The position numbers and the translations under genes are program-made. 42,458 bases of DNA, taken from positions 1 through 42,458 of the forward strand of contig JAILGY010000029.1 in NCBI GenBank assembly GCA_024696325.1. Reading direction: 5' to 3'. Positions 7,647 through 17,599 of this stretch are shown one piece after another. The first letter of the stretch is position 1, and each line of letters opens with the position of its first letter. This DNA comes from a bacterium (GTDB taxonomy: Bacteria; Desulfobacterota; Desulfuromonadia; Desulfuromonadales; JAAYDE01). The notes under the pieces are model-generated. The model did no database searches, had not been told where the DNA came from, and saw nothing but the letters and a program-made list of their open reading frames with translations.

Positions 7647-8456
7647 ATGGACGTTTCTGTCAATGAAAAACCGGTAAGTGTTTCGGAAGGTATGACCTTG
7701 TTTGCCCTCAGGGACAGCTGGAAGCCGGAGGCCGACATCATTATTGTCAACGGTTTCCCCTATGATCGTAAGGAGGACTGCCCGCTTGAGGAGGGGGATC
7801 GGGTGGTGCTGATCAGGCGTGGCGAAATTCCGGATGCCTCCGAGCTGGAAGCCCTGATGGCCTCCCGCCATACGCCCGGCGTGCACCAGAAGATGAAACG
7901 GGCGACGGTCGGCATTGCCGGTGCGGGGGGGCTGGGCTCGGCCATTGCGGTGGCCTTGGCGCGTATTGGCGTGGGGCATCTGATCCTCGCCGATTTTGAC
8001 ATTGTCGAACCTTCCAACCTCAATCGCCAGCAGTACTTTATCGATCAGATAGGTCTTCCCAAGGTAGAAGCGCTTGCGGCCAATCTGGGCCGCATCAATC
8101 CCTATGTGAAGGTGACCACGCACAATCTCCGGCTTACGTCACACAACGTTCCGGAGATCTTTGCCGCGGTGGATGTGATGGTGGAAGCTTTCGACCGCGC
8201 ATCGGAAAAGGCGATGCTTATTGAAACTTTCCGGAGCGGTTTTCCGTCGGTCCCCCTGGTGGCCGCATCGGGCGTTGCCGGCAATGATCCGGCCAACACG
8301 GTGCGTACCCGGCGGCTTTTGGACAATTTTTATCTGGTAGGTGACGGCGTTACCGGAGCGCAACCGGGCCGGGGGCTGATGGCGCCGCGCGTGGGCGTCG
8401 CCGCGCACCATCAGGCCAATGCGGTGGTGCGCCTGCTGTTGGGCGAGGAGCCCTGA
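7647..8456 (+). CDS. thiF: ThiF-type adenylyltransferase with an N-terminal ThiS-like beta-grasp domain
   Basis: 269 aa counted from the ATG at 7647, which follows GGGGAAGAAGG. Nucleotide-binding motif GIAGAGGLGS. The first ~60 aa are ThiS-like (MDVSVNEKPVSV...VVLIRRGE). The longer ORF-track start would overlap the riboswitch and terminator. Confidence 0.85.
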   Translation: MDVSVNEKPVSVSEGMTLFALRDSWKPEADIIIVNGFPYDRKEDCPLEEGDRVVLIRRGEIPDASELEALMASRHTPGVHQKMKRATVGIAGAGGLGSAIAVALARIGVGHLILADFDIVEPSNLNRQQYFIDQIGLPKVEALAANLGRINPYVKVTTHNLRLTSHNVPEIFAAVDVMVEAFDRASEKAMLIETFRSGFPSVPLVAASGVAGNDPANTVRTRRLLDNFYLVGDGVTGAQPGRGLMAPRVGVAAHHQANAVVRLLLGEEP

Positions 8457-8513
8457 GAAAAGCATGTGGACACGCTAAGGGACAACCGCTGAAAAGTTGA
8501 AAAGGAGGCCGCT

Positions 8514-8714
8514 ATGCAAATCTGGATAAATGGAGAACAAAAAGAAATTAAGGAAGGCGAGACCATACAGGATCTGCTCAGGGAGCTGGACTGTGATGCG
8601 GCTACGGTGGTGGTGGAAATGGACGGTACCATTGTGGCGCGCGACGCTTTTGCCGCAACCGTGCTCAATGTGGGCAACCGGCTGGAGATAGTGCGTTTCG
8701 TTGGAGGAGGGTGA
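8514..8714 (+). CDS. thiS: Sulfur carrier protein ThiS
   Basis: 66 aa ending in VGGG (C-terminal Gly-Gly). AGGAGG SD. Confidence 0.9.
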   Translation: MQIWINGEQKEIKEGETIQDLLRELDCDAATVVVEMDGTIVARDAFAATVLNVGNRLEIVRFVGGG

Positions 8715-8802
8715 AACCCTTTCCTAGGAAAAATGTTCCGATAACCGGAGCGTAAAAATAAAAATTTTTTATAAAGAGGAACAAGACGAAAGGAGCAAAA
8801 TC

Positions 8803-9591
8803 ATGGACAAATCCCCTGAATTGATTATCGCCGGCCGGCATTTCCGGTCGCGTCTGCTGGTGGGAACCGGCAAATTTTCCTCAAACGAGATCATGCGTGA
8901 CGCCATTGAGGCGTCCGGCAGCGAGATTGTAACCATCGCTCTGCGCCGTGTGGATATCAACAATCCGCAGGACAACATGCTGCGCTACATTGATCGCCAG
9001 AAATATCTGCTGCTGCCCAACACCAGCGGCGCCCGCGACGCGGAAGAGGCGGTACGTCTGGCTCGTCTGGCCCGGGCGGCTGGCTGCGAGCCGTGGATCA
9101 AGCTGGAAGTCACTCCCGATCCCTACTATCTGTTGCCCGACCCGATAGAGACCTGGAAAGCCGCGCAGATTCTGGTCAAGGACGGTTTCACCGTGCTGCC
9201 CTATATCAATGCCGATCCGGTTTTGGCCAAACATCTGCAGGAGGTGGGCTGCGCGACCGTCATGCCGCTGGGGGCGCCTATTGGTACCAACAAGGGCATA
9301 AAGACGCGCGACAATATCGCGATTATCATTGAGCAGGCGCAGGTGCCGGTGGTGGTGGACGCGGGCCTGGGCGCTCCATCTCATGCCGCCGAAGCCATGG
9401 AAATGGGTGCCGATGCCGTGCTGGTTAACACTGCGCTGGCGGTGGCCCAATCTCCGGTCAATATGGCCATTGCCTTCAAGAAGGGGGTGGAAGCCGGCCG
9501 GGAAGCCTTTGTAGCGGGATTGGGCAAACAGCGCGTGCGGGCGGAAGCTTCCAGTCCCCTCACCGGATTTTTGGGAGGTATCAAGAAATGA
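8803..9591 (+). CDS. thiG: Thiazole synthase ThiG
   Basis: 262 aa. Typical ThiG sequence (LLVGTGKF..., [19 protein letters not shown]). Confidence 0.92.
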   Translation: MDKSPELIIAGRHFRSRLLVGTGKFSSNEIMRDAIEASGSEIVTIALRRVDINNPQDNMLRYIDRQKYLLLPNTSGARDAEEAVRLARLARAAGCEPWIKLEVTPDPYYLLPDPIETWKAAQILVKDGFTVLPYINADPVLAKHLQEVGCATVMPLGAPIGTNKGIKTRDNIAIIIEQAQVPVVVDAGLGAPSHAAEAMEMGADAVLVNTALAVAQSPVNMAIAFKKGVEAGREAFVAGLGKQRVRAEASSPLTGFLGGIKK

Positions 9592-10715
9592 CAACCTTTG
9601 CGGAAGTGCTTGAGCAATACGACAAGGAAGAACTGCTGGCGCAGATCATGGGTAAAACCGCTGCAGATGTGGAAAACGCGCTCTGCGCCGAACAGCGTGA
9701 TATGGAGGATTTCAAGGCGCTGATTTCGCCAGCCGCCGTCCCCTATCTGGAGAATATGGCGCAGCTTTCCCATGAGTCCACCCTGCGCCGCTTCGGCAAC
9801 ACCATCCAGATGTACGCGCCGATCTACATGTCCAACGAATGTTCCAACGGGTGTGTGTACTGCGGCTTCAACAGCAGCAATACGAATGTGGTGCGCAAGA
9901 CGCTTACGCTGGACGAAATCGAGGAAGAGGCGAAGGTACTGAACCAGTACGGCTACCGTCATGTGCTGCTTTTGACCGGCGAGGACATGGACGCGTTTGA
10001 CAACGACGATATGGTCTGGTCCATTCGTCGGGTGCGGCCGCTCTTCAGCTCCATCTGTATCGAAGTCTATCCCATGGATGTTGACGGCTACAAACGCATG
10101 GTCGATGCCGGAGTGGACGGTCTGACCATCTATCAGGAAACCTACGACAAGGTTCTGTACAAGGAGCTGCACAAGTACGGCCGCAAGCGGGATTTCCTTT
10201 GGCGGCTTGGCACGCCGGAGCGCGGTGCGGAAGCCGGCATGCGCAAGGTCGGCATCGGTGCGTTGCTGGGATTGGGCAATTTCTACACGGAAGCTTTCTT
10301 TACTGCCCTGCATGCGCACTTCCTGTTCAAAAACTACTGGCGCACCCAGGTCGCGGTGTCGTTTCCCCGGATCCGGCCGGCGGCTGGCGGTTTCCAGCCG
10401 CTCTTTCCTGTCAGCGATGCGCAGCTGGTGCAGGCTATTTGCGCCATGCGTCTTCTGCTTCCCGATGCCGGTTTGACCATCTCTACTCGAGAGAGCGCGG
10501 AACTGCGTGATCATCTGCTGCTGCTGGGAATCACCCAGATGAGCGCCGGTTCCAGCACTGCGCCGGGTGGTTACGCGCATCATGACGCCAGCACCGGACA
10601 GTTCAACATCAACGACGATCGGACTCCGGCGGAAATCGCCCAGATGCTGCACAGCCACGGCTATGAAAGCGTCTGGAAGGACTGGGATCCTGCCTTCATG
10701 GAAAAGGGTGCCTGA
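9588..10715 (+). CDS. thiH: 2-iminoacetate synthase ThiH (radical SAM tyrosine lyase)
   Basis: [10 protein letters not shown] CxxxCxxC motif. ATGA start/stop overlap with thiG. Confidence 0.9.
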   Translation: MTTFAEVLEQYDKEELLAQIMGKTAADVENALCAEQRDMEDFKALISPAAVPYLENMAQLSHESTLRRFGNTIQMYAPIYMSNECSNGCVYCGFNSSNTNVVRKTLTLDEIEEEAKVLNQYGYRHVLLLTGEDMDAFDNDDMVWSIRRVRPLFSSICIEVYPMDVDGYKRMVDAGVDGLTIYQETYDKVLYKELHKYGRKRDFLWRLGTPERGAEAGMRKVGIGALLGLGNFYTEAFFTALHAHFLFKNYWRTQVAVSFPRIRPAAGGFQPLFPVSDAQLVQAICAMRLLLPDAGLTISTRESAELRDHLLLLGITQMSAGSSTAPGGYAHHDASTGQFNINDDRTPAEIAQMLHSHGYESVWKDWDPAFMEKGA

Positions 10716-10727
10716 GAAAATGGCGGC

Positions 10728-11366
10728 ATGACCATGCCCAAGGTTGATTTTTCTCTGTGTCTGATTACCGCCCGGAATGTGCTTCCCGCAGACAGGGGCC
10801 TGCTGGATGCGCTCCGGGCGGCGCTAAAAGGCGGTGTGCGCTGTATTCAACTGCGTGAAAAGGAGATGCCAACCGCCGATCTGTTGGGACTTGCCCGCGA
10901 TGTGCGCGCCCTGACCAAAGAGTTTGGGGCTCGGCTGCTTATCAACGGCGATGTTGAGCTCGCGCTTGAATGCCAGGCCGACGGCGTGCATCTGGGAATT
11001 TCTTCCCCATCGGTAGCTGCGGCCCGTCGGCGGCTGGGGAAGGATGCCATTATCGGTTTTTCCGCGCATTCTCTTGACGATCTGTACAGCGCCGAACGCG
11101 AGGGCGCCGATTTCGTCACTTTCAGTCCGATTTATTTTACTCCGTCCAAGGCGGCCTATGGCGCCCCACAGGGGGTGGACAAACTGCGCGAATTTTGCCG
11201 GAACGCCTCAATTCCGGTTTTTGCACTGGGCGGCATCAAATTGGAACGGGTAGCGGAAGTGCTTGACGCGGGTGCCGCGGGTGTGGCCTTGATATCGGCC
11301 ATTCTTGCGCAGCCCAATCCGGAATCTGCCACACGTGACTTTCTGCAAAGACTTGGAGCAGTTTAA
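10728..11366 (+). CDS. thiE: Thiamine-phosphate synthase ThiE
   Basis: 212 aa with TMP-TENI-like sequence (CIQLREKE..., DGVHLG, ALGGI). Last gene of the thi operon. The start could instead be 10734. Confidence 0.88.
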   Translation: MTMPKVDFSLCLITARNVLPADRGLLDALRAALKGGVRCIQLREKEMPTADLLGLARDVRALTKEFGARLLINGDVELALECQADGVHLGISSPSVAAARRRLGKDAIIGFSAHSLDDLYSAEREGADFVTFSPIYFTPSKAAYGAPQGVDKLREFCRNASIPVFALGGIKLERVAEVLDAGAAGVALISAILAQPNPESATRDFLQRLGAV

Positions 11367-11458
11367 TTTTGAGTTTTTCCTGTCATTCTGATGCACAACG
11401 CGCCGAAGAATCTCCGGAGATGCTTCGCTCAGCATGACAAGAGCATGGTTCACGAGTA

Positions 11459-11512
11459 TAAAAAACGGCCGGGAAACAGGGAAGATTCCCTGTTCTCCGG
11501 CCGTCCTTTTTT
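11459..11512. terminator. Bidirectional terminator between the convergent thiE and FG-GAP-like genes
   Basis: Long imperfect hairpin CGGCCGGGAAACAGGGAA / TTCCCTGTTCTCCGGCCG, with an A-run 5' and a T-run 3'. Confidence 0.7.
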
Positions 11513-11550
11513 CAACCGGTCAGATTCTCAAAAACCGGGCAAATCAACTA

Positions 11551-13413
11551 TTATTGCCTCAAGGGGAAGGCAAGCAGATAGCTGCGGCCTTTCTTGCCGG
11601 TAAGTTTCGGAGCCTCGGTCGCCACAAACAGTACCTCGTCTTCCGTAACGGTCACGCCCGCCAGCGGTATTTCCATTTTTTCCCCGATAGTTCCCTTGAC
11701 AAACATGCCGCTTCGAAACTTGACAACGCTGATCCAGCTGTGCTTCACGCCGGGCATTATGCCTTCAACAATACCCATGCCCGTTTTCTCTGCCGCCGGC
11801 AAGACCACTTCCCGTATCTGATCGCCATCCAGATCGATTGCTATCGGTTTGACTTCCACCGCCGTTACATCGTCCAGTTCCGCAACTTTGGACGTGCTTC
11901 CATGGATATTGTGCATTGCCGTCGAGAGACTTGCTCCCATCTCTTTGGGCGATTCATAGATCTGTTCGCTGCCATCCGGAGAATAGATGTAGAGCTTGTT
12001 GTTGCGCACGTAGACGAATTCGCGCCGGCCATTGCCGGTGACATCCATGCAGTTGCCGCTGACCGCGACGAAGTCAATTGGCAGATCAAACCCCGGCTTC
12101 ATCGTGGAGATCTTGCCTCCGTTCAGAACATATTGCTCCATCTTGCGCCCAAAGAAAGTCAGACGATCGAAATCCTGCCCCAGAAGGACCTCCGGAATAC
12201 CGTCACCGTCGCGATCGATGGCGCCCAGAATACGGCCTATGTTGTTTTTCTTTACGGTGAGCGAATTTCCATTCAGAGCCAGAATGGCACTGGATATCCG
12301 CTGATAGCCTTTCACATTGTCATTGGCTCTGGAAAGCCAGCCGGTAAGCGCCAGATGAAGCGCCTCTCCGGGAGCAGGCCGCCACCAGTTGACCGCCAGC
12401 ATTTCTGCCGCACCGGTCAGGCTGGTCTGGGCAATGCGCGTCATGCCGCCGCCAGAGACGTCATAGACAAATACATTGTTGCCGTTGACCGCCGCCATCA
12501 GACGACGGCCGTCCACCACTATGAAATCGGTATAGGTCACGCCCATCGGCAATTCACCCCTTTGCTGAAAACCGGGGAACTGCGTGCCGTAGCGGACAAC
12601 GGAATTTCCGGCATAGGCGCCGGCCGGCGTTGCCTGCTGTTCAAGCCGGTACGGGACGGAACCGGTTGCGGTACCTGCCTGCCCCGCCGGAACCATGGTC
12701 ATGCCGCCCCCCGCGGTTGCGGCGGTCCCCAGCGGCAGCAGACGCATGCCGGATGCACTTGAGTTTGCAGGAGCAGCAGCTACCGAGCGCCCGGCGGCTT
12801 TGGCCTTGCCGTAGCTGTGAATGACATGGAAATAGGGATCGCGAGCCTCCAGTCGACCGCCGTCGTAGACGAATACCATGCCCACCTGCTGATCGGTTGG
12901 CGCGGAGGGGGCTGCGGGACGCGAAGCCTGGGATGCTGCATAGCTGCTCCATTCAAGCTGCGGAATGGCGGCTTTCAGGCTGTTGAAAACCGCTTCACCG
13001 TTGCCGGAATAGTCCCAGAAACGGGCGGGCAGACCCTGATAGCGGCGAACCGGATCACCCGGCTGGATGCTTGCACCGCTGATCTGGCCAATCAGCCGCG
13101 TATAGGAGTATCCGCTCTGGATCTTGGTCACCTGAATGTAAGCCTTCGGCTGTTCCACCGTGCCGACCACTTTTTTGGTTACGGGGTGCATTATTTTTTC
13201 ACCCGGTTGGATAACGGCAAAAATATCTCCCACCGCCAGCCGGCTGGTCGCGTCAAGATCGATGAGATACTCTCCGCCCATAAGAGACACTACATAACCG
13301 TCCACCGCCTTGAAATCCCGCTTCAGGCTTTCGTCCACCACAGCAGCCCGCAGCGGAATTCCAAGGACAAGCAACGCCAACAGCATGAGTCCGATTCTGA
13401 ATTTTTGTTTCAC
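11551..13413 (-). CDS. Secreted FG-GAP/VCBS-like repeat protein
   Basis: Signal peptide MKQKFRIGLMLLALLVLGIPLRA. Ca-binding-type repeats DRDGDGIPE, DVTGNGRRE and DLDGDQIRE. GTG start with a GGAGG SD. Confidence 0.7.
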   Translation of the reverse strand: MKQKFRIGLMLLALLVLGIPLRAAVVDESLKRDFKAVDGYVVSLMGGEYLIDLDATSRLAVGDIFAVIQPGEKIMHPVTKKVVGTVEQPKAYIQVTKIQSGYSYTRLIGQISGASIQPGDPVRRYQGLPARFWDYSGNGEAVFNSLKAAIPQLEWSSYAASQASRPAAPSAPTDQQVGMVFVYDGGRLEARDPYFHVIHSYGKAKAAGRSVAAAPANSSASGMRLLPLGTAATAGGGMTMVPAGQAGTATGSVPYRLEQQATPAGAYAGNSVVRYGTQFPGFQQRGELPMGVTYTDFIVVDGRRLMAAVNGNNVFVYDVSGGGMTRIAQTSLTGAAEMLAVNWWRPAPGEALHLALTGWLSRANDNVKGYQRISSAILALNGNSLTVKKNNIGRILGAIDRDGDGIPEVLLGQDFDRLTFFGRKMEQYVLNGGKISTMKPGFDLPIDFVAVSGNCMDVTGNGRREFVYVRNNKLYIYSPDGSEQIYESPKEMGASLSTAMHNIHGSTSKVAELDDVTAVEVKPIAIDLDGDQIREVVLPAAEKTGMGIVEGIMPGVKHSWISVVKFRSGMFVKGTIGEKMEIPLAGVTVTEDEVLFVATEAPKLTGKKGRSYLLAFPLRQ

Positions 13414-13736
13414 TGTTCATGACCTCCCCTGATACGCGTTTCAAACGCGCGAGGTTAATGTTTTTTCCACCTTTTTTCTACAAGCATCCACTCTGGAACT
13501 ATACAGCATCACTTGCAAGACGCCAATACACAAATGCTTTTTGCGTTCTGTCCCGAAAGCGGCGGATGATGCTCCGGAGTTTTCCGGAAAGGATGGCAAA
13601 TGTTATTCGTGAAGTTGGGGATACATTTGAGGAAAATGGTCTTTGAAGGCCTTTGCGGTTTCATGGCGGAATTTTTGTTTCAGGTTGCTCCATTTGTATG
13701 GCAGCATATCGGGGAAAGGAATGATGAGGAGGGGAC

Positions 13737-14783
13737 ATGGACTTTCTTCCGCGCTGGATCGCCCTGGAAGTGACCCGGCGCTGCAATCTTGATTGCGTAC
13801 ATTGCCGCAGTTTCGCAGAAACTGTCGCGCCGGACGAGGAGCTGGATACTGGTGAAGTCCTGGCATTGATGGATGCAATGGCCGGGTTGTCGTCACCCGC
13901 GCTGGTTTTGACCGGAGGCGAGCCGCTGCTGCGCGGCGATCTGTTTGAACTTTTACGTTATGGTACGCAACGTGGCCTGCGGATGTGTGTCGCGACCAAT
14001 GGCGCATTGCTGACGGAACGGCACTGCCGTGAATTTCTGGCGGCGAAGGTGCGCATGGTGTCGCTGTCGCTGGATGGGGCAACTGCCGCGGTACATGACG
14101 GTTTCCGGCGGGTTTCCGGTGCGTTTGCGGCCACGCTGCATGGCGCCGCGTTGCTGCGCCGCCATGGCATTCCTTTTCTTGTCAACTCGTCTTTTACCCG
14201 TGTCAATCGTGGCGCTATGGCGGCGGTTTGCGATCTGGCCAAGGAACTGGGGGCGCTTGCCTGGTACATGTTTCTTGTCACGCCTTCCGGGCGGGGGCGC
14301 GAAATTCTGGATGAACTGATCCCCGCCGGGGAGTATCTGGAGATTTTGCGCTGGCATCGTGACCGTGAACGGGCGGAAGAGTCGTTGATCATGCGCCCGA
14401 CCTGCGCTCCCTACTATTTTCGTCTGCTCGCGCAAAATCCAGGCGAGGAGCGCCGGCATCTTGACGCCGCGTTGGCAACCGGCTCGCGACGTGGTTGCCT
14501 TGCTGGACGCAGCATCTGTTTTATTGACGCCTGCGGCAATCTCAAGCCCTGTTCCTATTTTCCGGATGCGGCGGGCAATGTGCGCGAGACGCCGCTGCAC
14601 AAGCTCTGGTTTGAGGCAGAGCTCCTGCGGGAACTGCGCGATCCGCAAAGTCTGCGCGGTGCGTGCGGCTGCTGCGCTTTCCGCGAGATCTGCGGCGGTT
14701 GCCGGGTACGTGCCGCTGTGCTGCGCGGCGATTTCCGGGAAGCGGATCCCTTCTGCCCATGGCACGGCTCTGCAGCTTTATAG
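13737..14783 (+). CDS. Radical SAM/SPASM protein, AhbD/NirJ-like (candidate anaerobic coproheme decarboxylase / heme b synthase)
   Basis: CNLDCVHC radical SAM cluster motif. C-terminal Cys-rich SPASM region (CGCCAFREICGGCRVRA). Sits next to hemE-hemH. Confidence 0.75.
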   Translation: MDFLPRWIALEVTRRCNLDCVHCRSFAETVAPDEELDTGEVLALMDAMAGLSSPALVLTGGEPLLRGDLFELLRYGTQRGLRMCVATNGALLTERHCREFLAAKVRMVSLSLDGATAAVHDGFRRVSGAFAATLHGAALLRRHGIPFLVNSSFTRVNRGAMAAVCDLAKELGALAWYMFLVTPSGRGREILDELIPAGEYLEILRWHRDRERAEESLIMRPTCAPYYFRLLAQNPGEERRHLDAALATGSRRGCLAGRSICFIDACGNLKPCSYFPDAAGNVRETPLHKLWFEAELLRELRDPQSLRGACGCCAFREICGGCRVRAAVLRGDFREADPFCPWHGSAAL

Positions 14784-14908
14784 TATGAAAAAACGGAGAG
14801 CCTTTTTGGGGGGAACAGATGTGAGGAATCATCCTTTGGAGCGAGCATGGTAGTAACCTTGAAACATCTTTTTCATCGGAGGCGGGGCCGCATTCCGCAG
14901 CGTCGCCA

Positions 14909-15955
14909 ATGAGTTCGCCTTCCGGATTTCTGGCGGCCTGCCGCAGCCAGCCTGTGGCCTGTACGCCGGTCTGGCTGATGCGTCAGGCGGGACGGGCGCT
15001 TCCCGAATACCGCGCATTGCGTGACCGCTTTTCCTTTTTGCAGTTGTGTAAAACTCCCGAACTGGCAGCGGAAGCAACGTTGCTGCCGGTGCGTGGTTTG
15101 AAGGTGGATGCCGCCATTCTGTTTTTTGATATCCTGCTTCCGCTGGAATCTCTGGGATTGCGCCTTGATTTTACCCCGGCCCCGGTGCTGGAAGCTCCGG
15201 TGCGAACCGTGCAGGCAATTGCCGCTCTGCGTACGCCACGGGTTGCCGGGGATTTGCCCTTTCTGGCGCAGAGTGTCCGGATGGCGAAAGAGGTTTTGGG
15301 ACAAACGCCGCTTATCGGTTTCTGTGGCGCGCCCCTGACGCTTGCCTGCTATCTGGTGGAGGGTGGAAGCAGCGCAAATTTTCCCCATGCGCTTCGCATG
15401 ATGCGGGAAGAACCCGCCCTGTGGGATGCGCTCTTGAACAAACTGACGGATCTTGCCATCGACACCTTGGCCGTCCAGGCCGCGGCAGGCGCTCAGGCAC
15501 TGCAAATCTTCGACACCTGGGCGCAGCTGCTTGATCCGGAGGAGTACCGCATCCGTGTGCTGCCGCATACCCGGCGGCTGGTGGAAGCGGTACGGGGCTC
15601 CGTGCCGGTTCTCTTCTTTTTGCGCGGCGGCGCACCACTCTGGCTGCGTGAATGCGGCGCGGATGTGGTGTCGGTGGATGAAAGCGTTACGCTTGCACAG
15701 GCGCGCAGGGCGAGCGGCGGCAAGGCTGTGCAGGGCAATCTTGCTCCAGAGCTGCTCAAACGGCCGATTAAAGAACTTGAAGGGCATGTACGCCGGGTGC
15801 TTGCGGAAAATGAAGGCGCCCCGGGGCATATTTTCAACTTGGGGCACGGGGTGCCGCCGGATACGCCGGTGGAGAATCTGCGCTTTGTGGTGGACTGTGT
15901 GCACCGGCTGGGCGCCGGAAAGATCCATCCGCAGGGACAGGAGATGAATCCATGA
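14909..15955 (+). CDS. hemE: Uroporphyrinogen decarboxylase
   Basis: N-terminal signature PVWLMRQAGRALPEYRALR. 348 aa. Confidence 0.92.
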   Translation: MSSPSGFLAACRSQPVACTPVWLMRQAGRALPEYRALRDRFSFLQLCKTPELAAEATLLPVRGLKVDAAILFFDILLPLESLGLRLDFTPAPVLEAPVRTVQAIAALRTPRVAGDLPFLAQSVRMAKEVLGQTPLIGFCGAPLTLACYLVEGGSSANFPHALRMMREEPALWDALLNKLTDLAIDTLAVQAAAGAQALQIFDTWAQLLDPEEYRIRVLPHTRRLVEAVRGSVPVLFFLRGGAPLWLRECGADVVSVDESVTLAQARRASGGKAVQGNLAPELLKRPIKELEGHVRRVLAENEGAPGHIFNLGHGVPPDTPVENLRFVVDCVHRLGAGKIHPQGQEMNP

Positions 15956-16971
15956 GCGAACCTGACAAGGCGAGAGCCCTGGTTTTGCTGAATCTGGGCG
16001 GGCCGGAAAATTTGGAGGAGGTGCGGCCCTTCCTGCGGCGGCTCTTTTCCGATTGCGCCATGCTGTCCTTGTTGCCGGGTGGAGTGGGGCAGGCGGCCTT
16101 TGCCCGGTTTCTGGCCTGGCTGCGGACGCCACAGGCCTTGTCCAGGTACCGCGCCATTGGTGGCGGATCGCCCTTGCGCGCATGGACGCAACGGCAGGCA
16201 CGCGCGATCTGTGAGCATTCGTCATGCTCTCTTCGGCCTTTTGTCGCGCTGCGTCATTCCGCGCCTTTTGCCGCGGAGACGCTGGCCGTGATTCGCGATG
16301 CCCACATCGATGAGGCGGTGGTGCTGCCCATGTATCCCCAGTATGCCGCGGCCACCACCGGCAGTGCGCTCAAGGATTTTGAAAAGGCGGCCGTGCTTGT
16401 ACATCCGAACTTGCGGTACACGGTGATTGGGCCGTGGTATCTTGACGCCGGGTATCTGGATGCTCTGGCCGCCACCGTGCGCGAAGGGTTGAGCGCCTTT
16501 TCCGAGGAACAGCGTTCTCGGGTACCCATCCTCTTTTCGGCGCATGCGCTGCCGCAGCGGATGATTGATCGGGGCGATCCCTACCTGAAGCAGACGTTCG
16601 GGACGGTGCGTGGCGTGGTGGATCGTCTGGGGGAATGTACCTGGCATCTGGGTTTTCAGAGCCGCAGTGGTCCGGTGCGCTGGGTTGGGCCCTCCATACG
16701 CGAAATCATGGAGCGGCTTTCCCGGCAGAGGCATCGGACGCTTTTGATGGTGCCGGTTTCGTTTGTCTGCGATCATCTGGAAACGCTCTGGGATATGGAT
16801 GTCGAGTATCGCAAGCTGGCAAAAAGTCTGGGGATCCTCCACTTCGTCCGTTCGCCCGCGCTGAATGTGCGCCCCGATTTCGTCGATGCGCTGGTCCATT
16901 TGGTGGAAGAGCAGGTTCGGCGGGAGGCTGCCCAGGAACAGCAGAAAGCCTTGCCGCCCTGCAGGTTCTGA
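15952..16971 (+). CDS. hemH: Ferrochelatase (HemH/CpfC family)
   Basis: ALVLLNLGGPENLEEVRPFLRRLFSD N-terminus. ATGA overlap with hemE. Confidence 0.9.
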   Translation: MSEPDKARALVLLNLGGPENLEEVRPFLRRLFSDCAMLSLLPGGVGQAAFARFLAWLRTPQALSRYRAIGGGSPLRAWTQRQARAICEHSSCSLRPFVALRHSAPFAAETLAVIRDAHIDEAVVLPMYPQYAAATTGSALKDFEKAAVLVHPNLRYTVIGPWYLDAGYLDALAATVREGLSAFSEEQRSRVPILFSAHALPQRMIDRGDPYLKQTFGTVRGVVDRLGECTWHLGFQSRSGPVRWVGPSIREIMERLSRQRHRTLLMVPVSFVCDHLETLWDMDVEYRKLAKSLGILHFVRSPALNVRPDFVDALVHLVEEQVRREAAQEQQKALPPCRF

Positions 16972-16985
16972 AAAGCAGCGGTTGA

Positions 16986-17582
16986 ACAGTTGAAAGGTAT
17001 GACCGCAAAACCGTGGCTGCCAGTATGCGGCGGCAAAACTTGCAGGCCAGGGCAGCAAGGAAATACAAAGCCACAACCAACTCAAAGCACGATCTCCCCG
17101 TTGCGCCCAATCTGCTTGCTCAAAATTTCAGCGCCAGCGCTCCAAACCAGAAATGGGTTAGCGATATCACCTATCTCCGGACCAATGCGGGCTTGCTGTA
17201 TCTTGTTGTAATTATTAGCCTGTTTTCATGGCTGGTTGTTGGTTGGACAATGGCGGAGCGTATGACGGCCGAGCTTGTGTGTGAGGCCTTGCAGATGACG
17301 CTTTGGCGGCGCCAAAAAACACGATGCTATTGCAGCATGAGCGGCAAGGGCAACTGCTACGACAATACCTGCGCTGAAAGTTTTTTCACAACTTGAAGGT
17401 CGAGGCCATCCAGGGCGAGAGCTTTGTCACTCGTGAAAAGATGCGTCAGGCTGTATTCGAATATATTGAAGTTGACTACAATCGTACCCGCCGCCATAGT
17501 GCCATTGGATGTATCAGCCCCATGGCGTTTGAAGCACGTCAACACGCTTAACTCAGTGTCCACTCATGACGGGCAAGATTAG
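16986..17582 (+). mobile_element. Decayed IS3-family transposase (OrfB) remnant: 5'-truncated, internally deleted and frameshifted
   Basis: Matches IS3 OrfB motifs ([52 protein letters not shown]). The HSDRGSQY core region is missing. There is a 1-nt frameshift in the T-run at 17381-17386. The first catalytic Asp position reads Ser. A possible right end lies near 17580. Confidence 0.8.
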
Positions 17583-17599
17583 TACGATGGAGCGAGATA

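Noticed and set aside
11434-12762. 442-aa plus-strand ORF
   Set aside because: It is the antisense shadow of the FG-GAP-like gene. It has no motifs and starts inside the bidirectional terminator.
14873-16225. 450-aa minus-strand ORF
   Set aside because: It is antisense to hemE and hemH, which both have unmistakable signatures. Its translation is Arg/Pro/Ala-rich low complexity.
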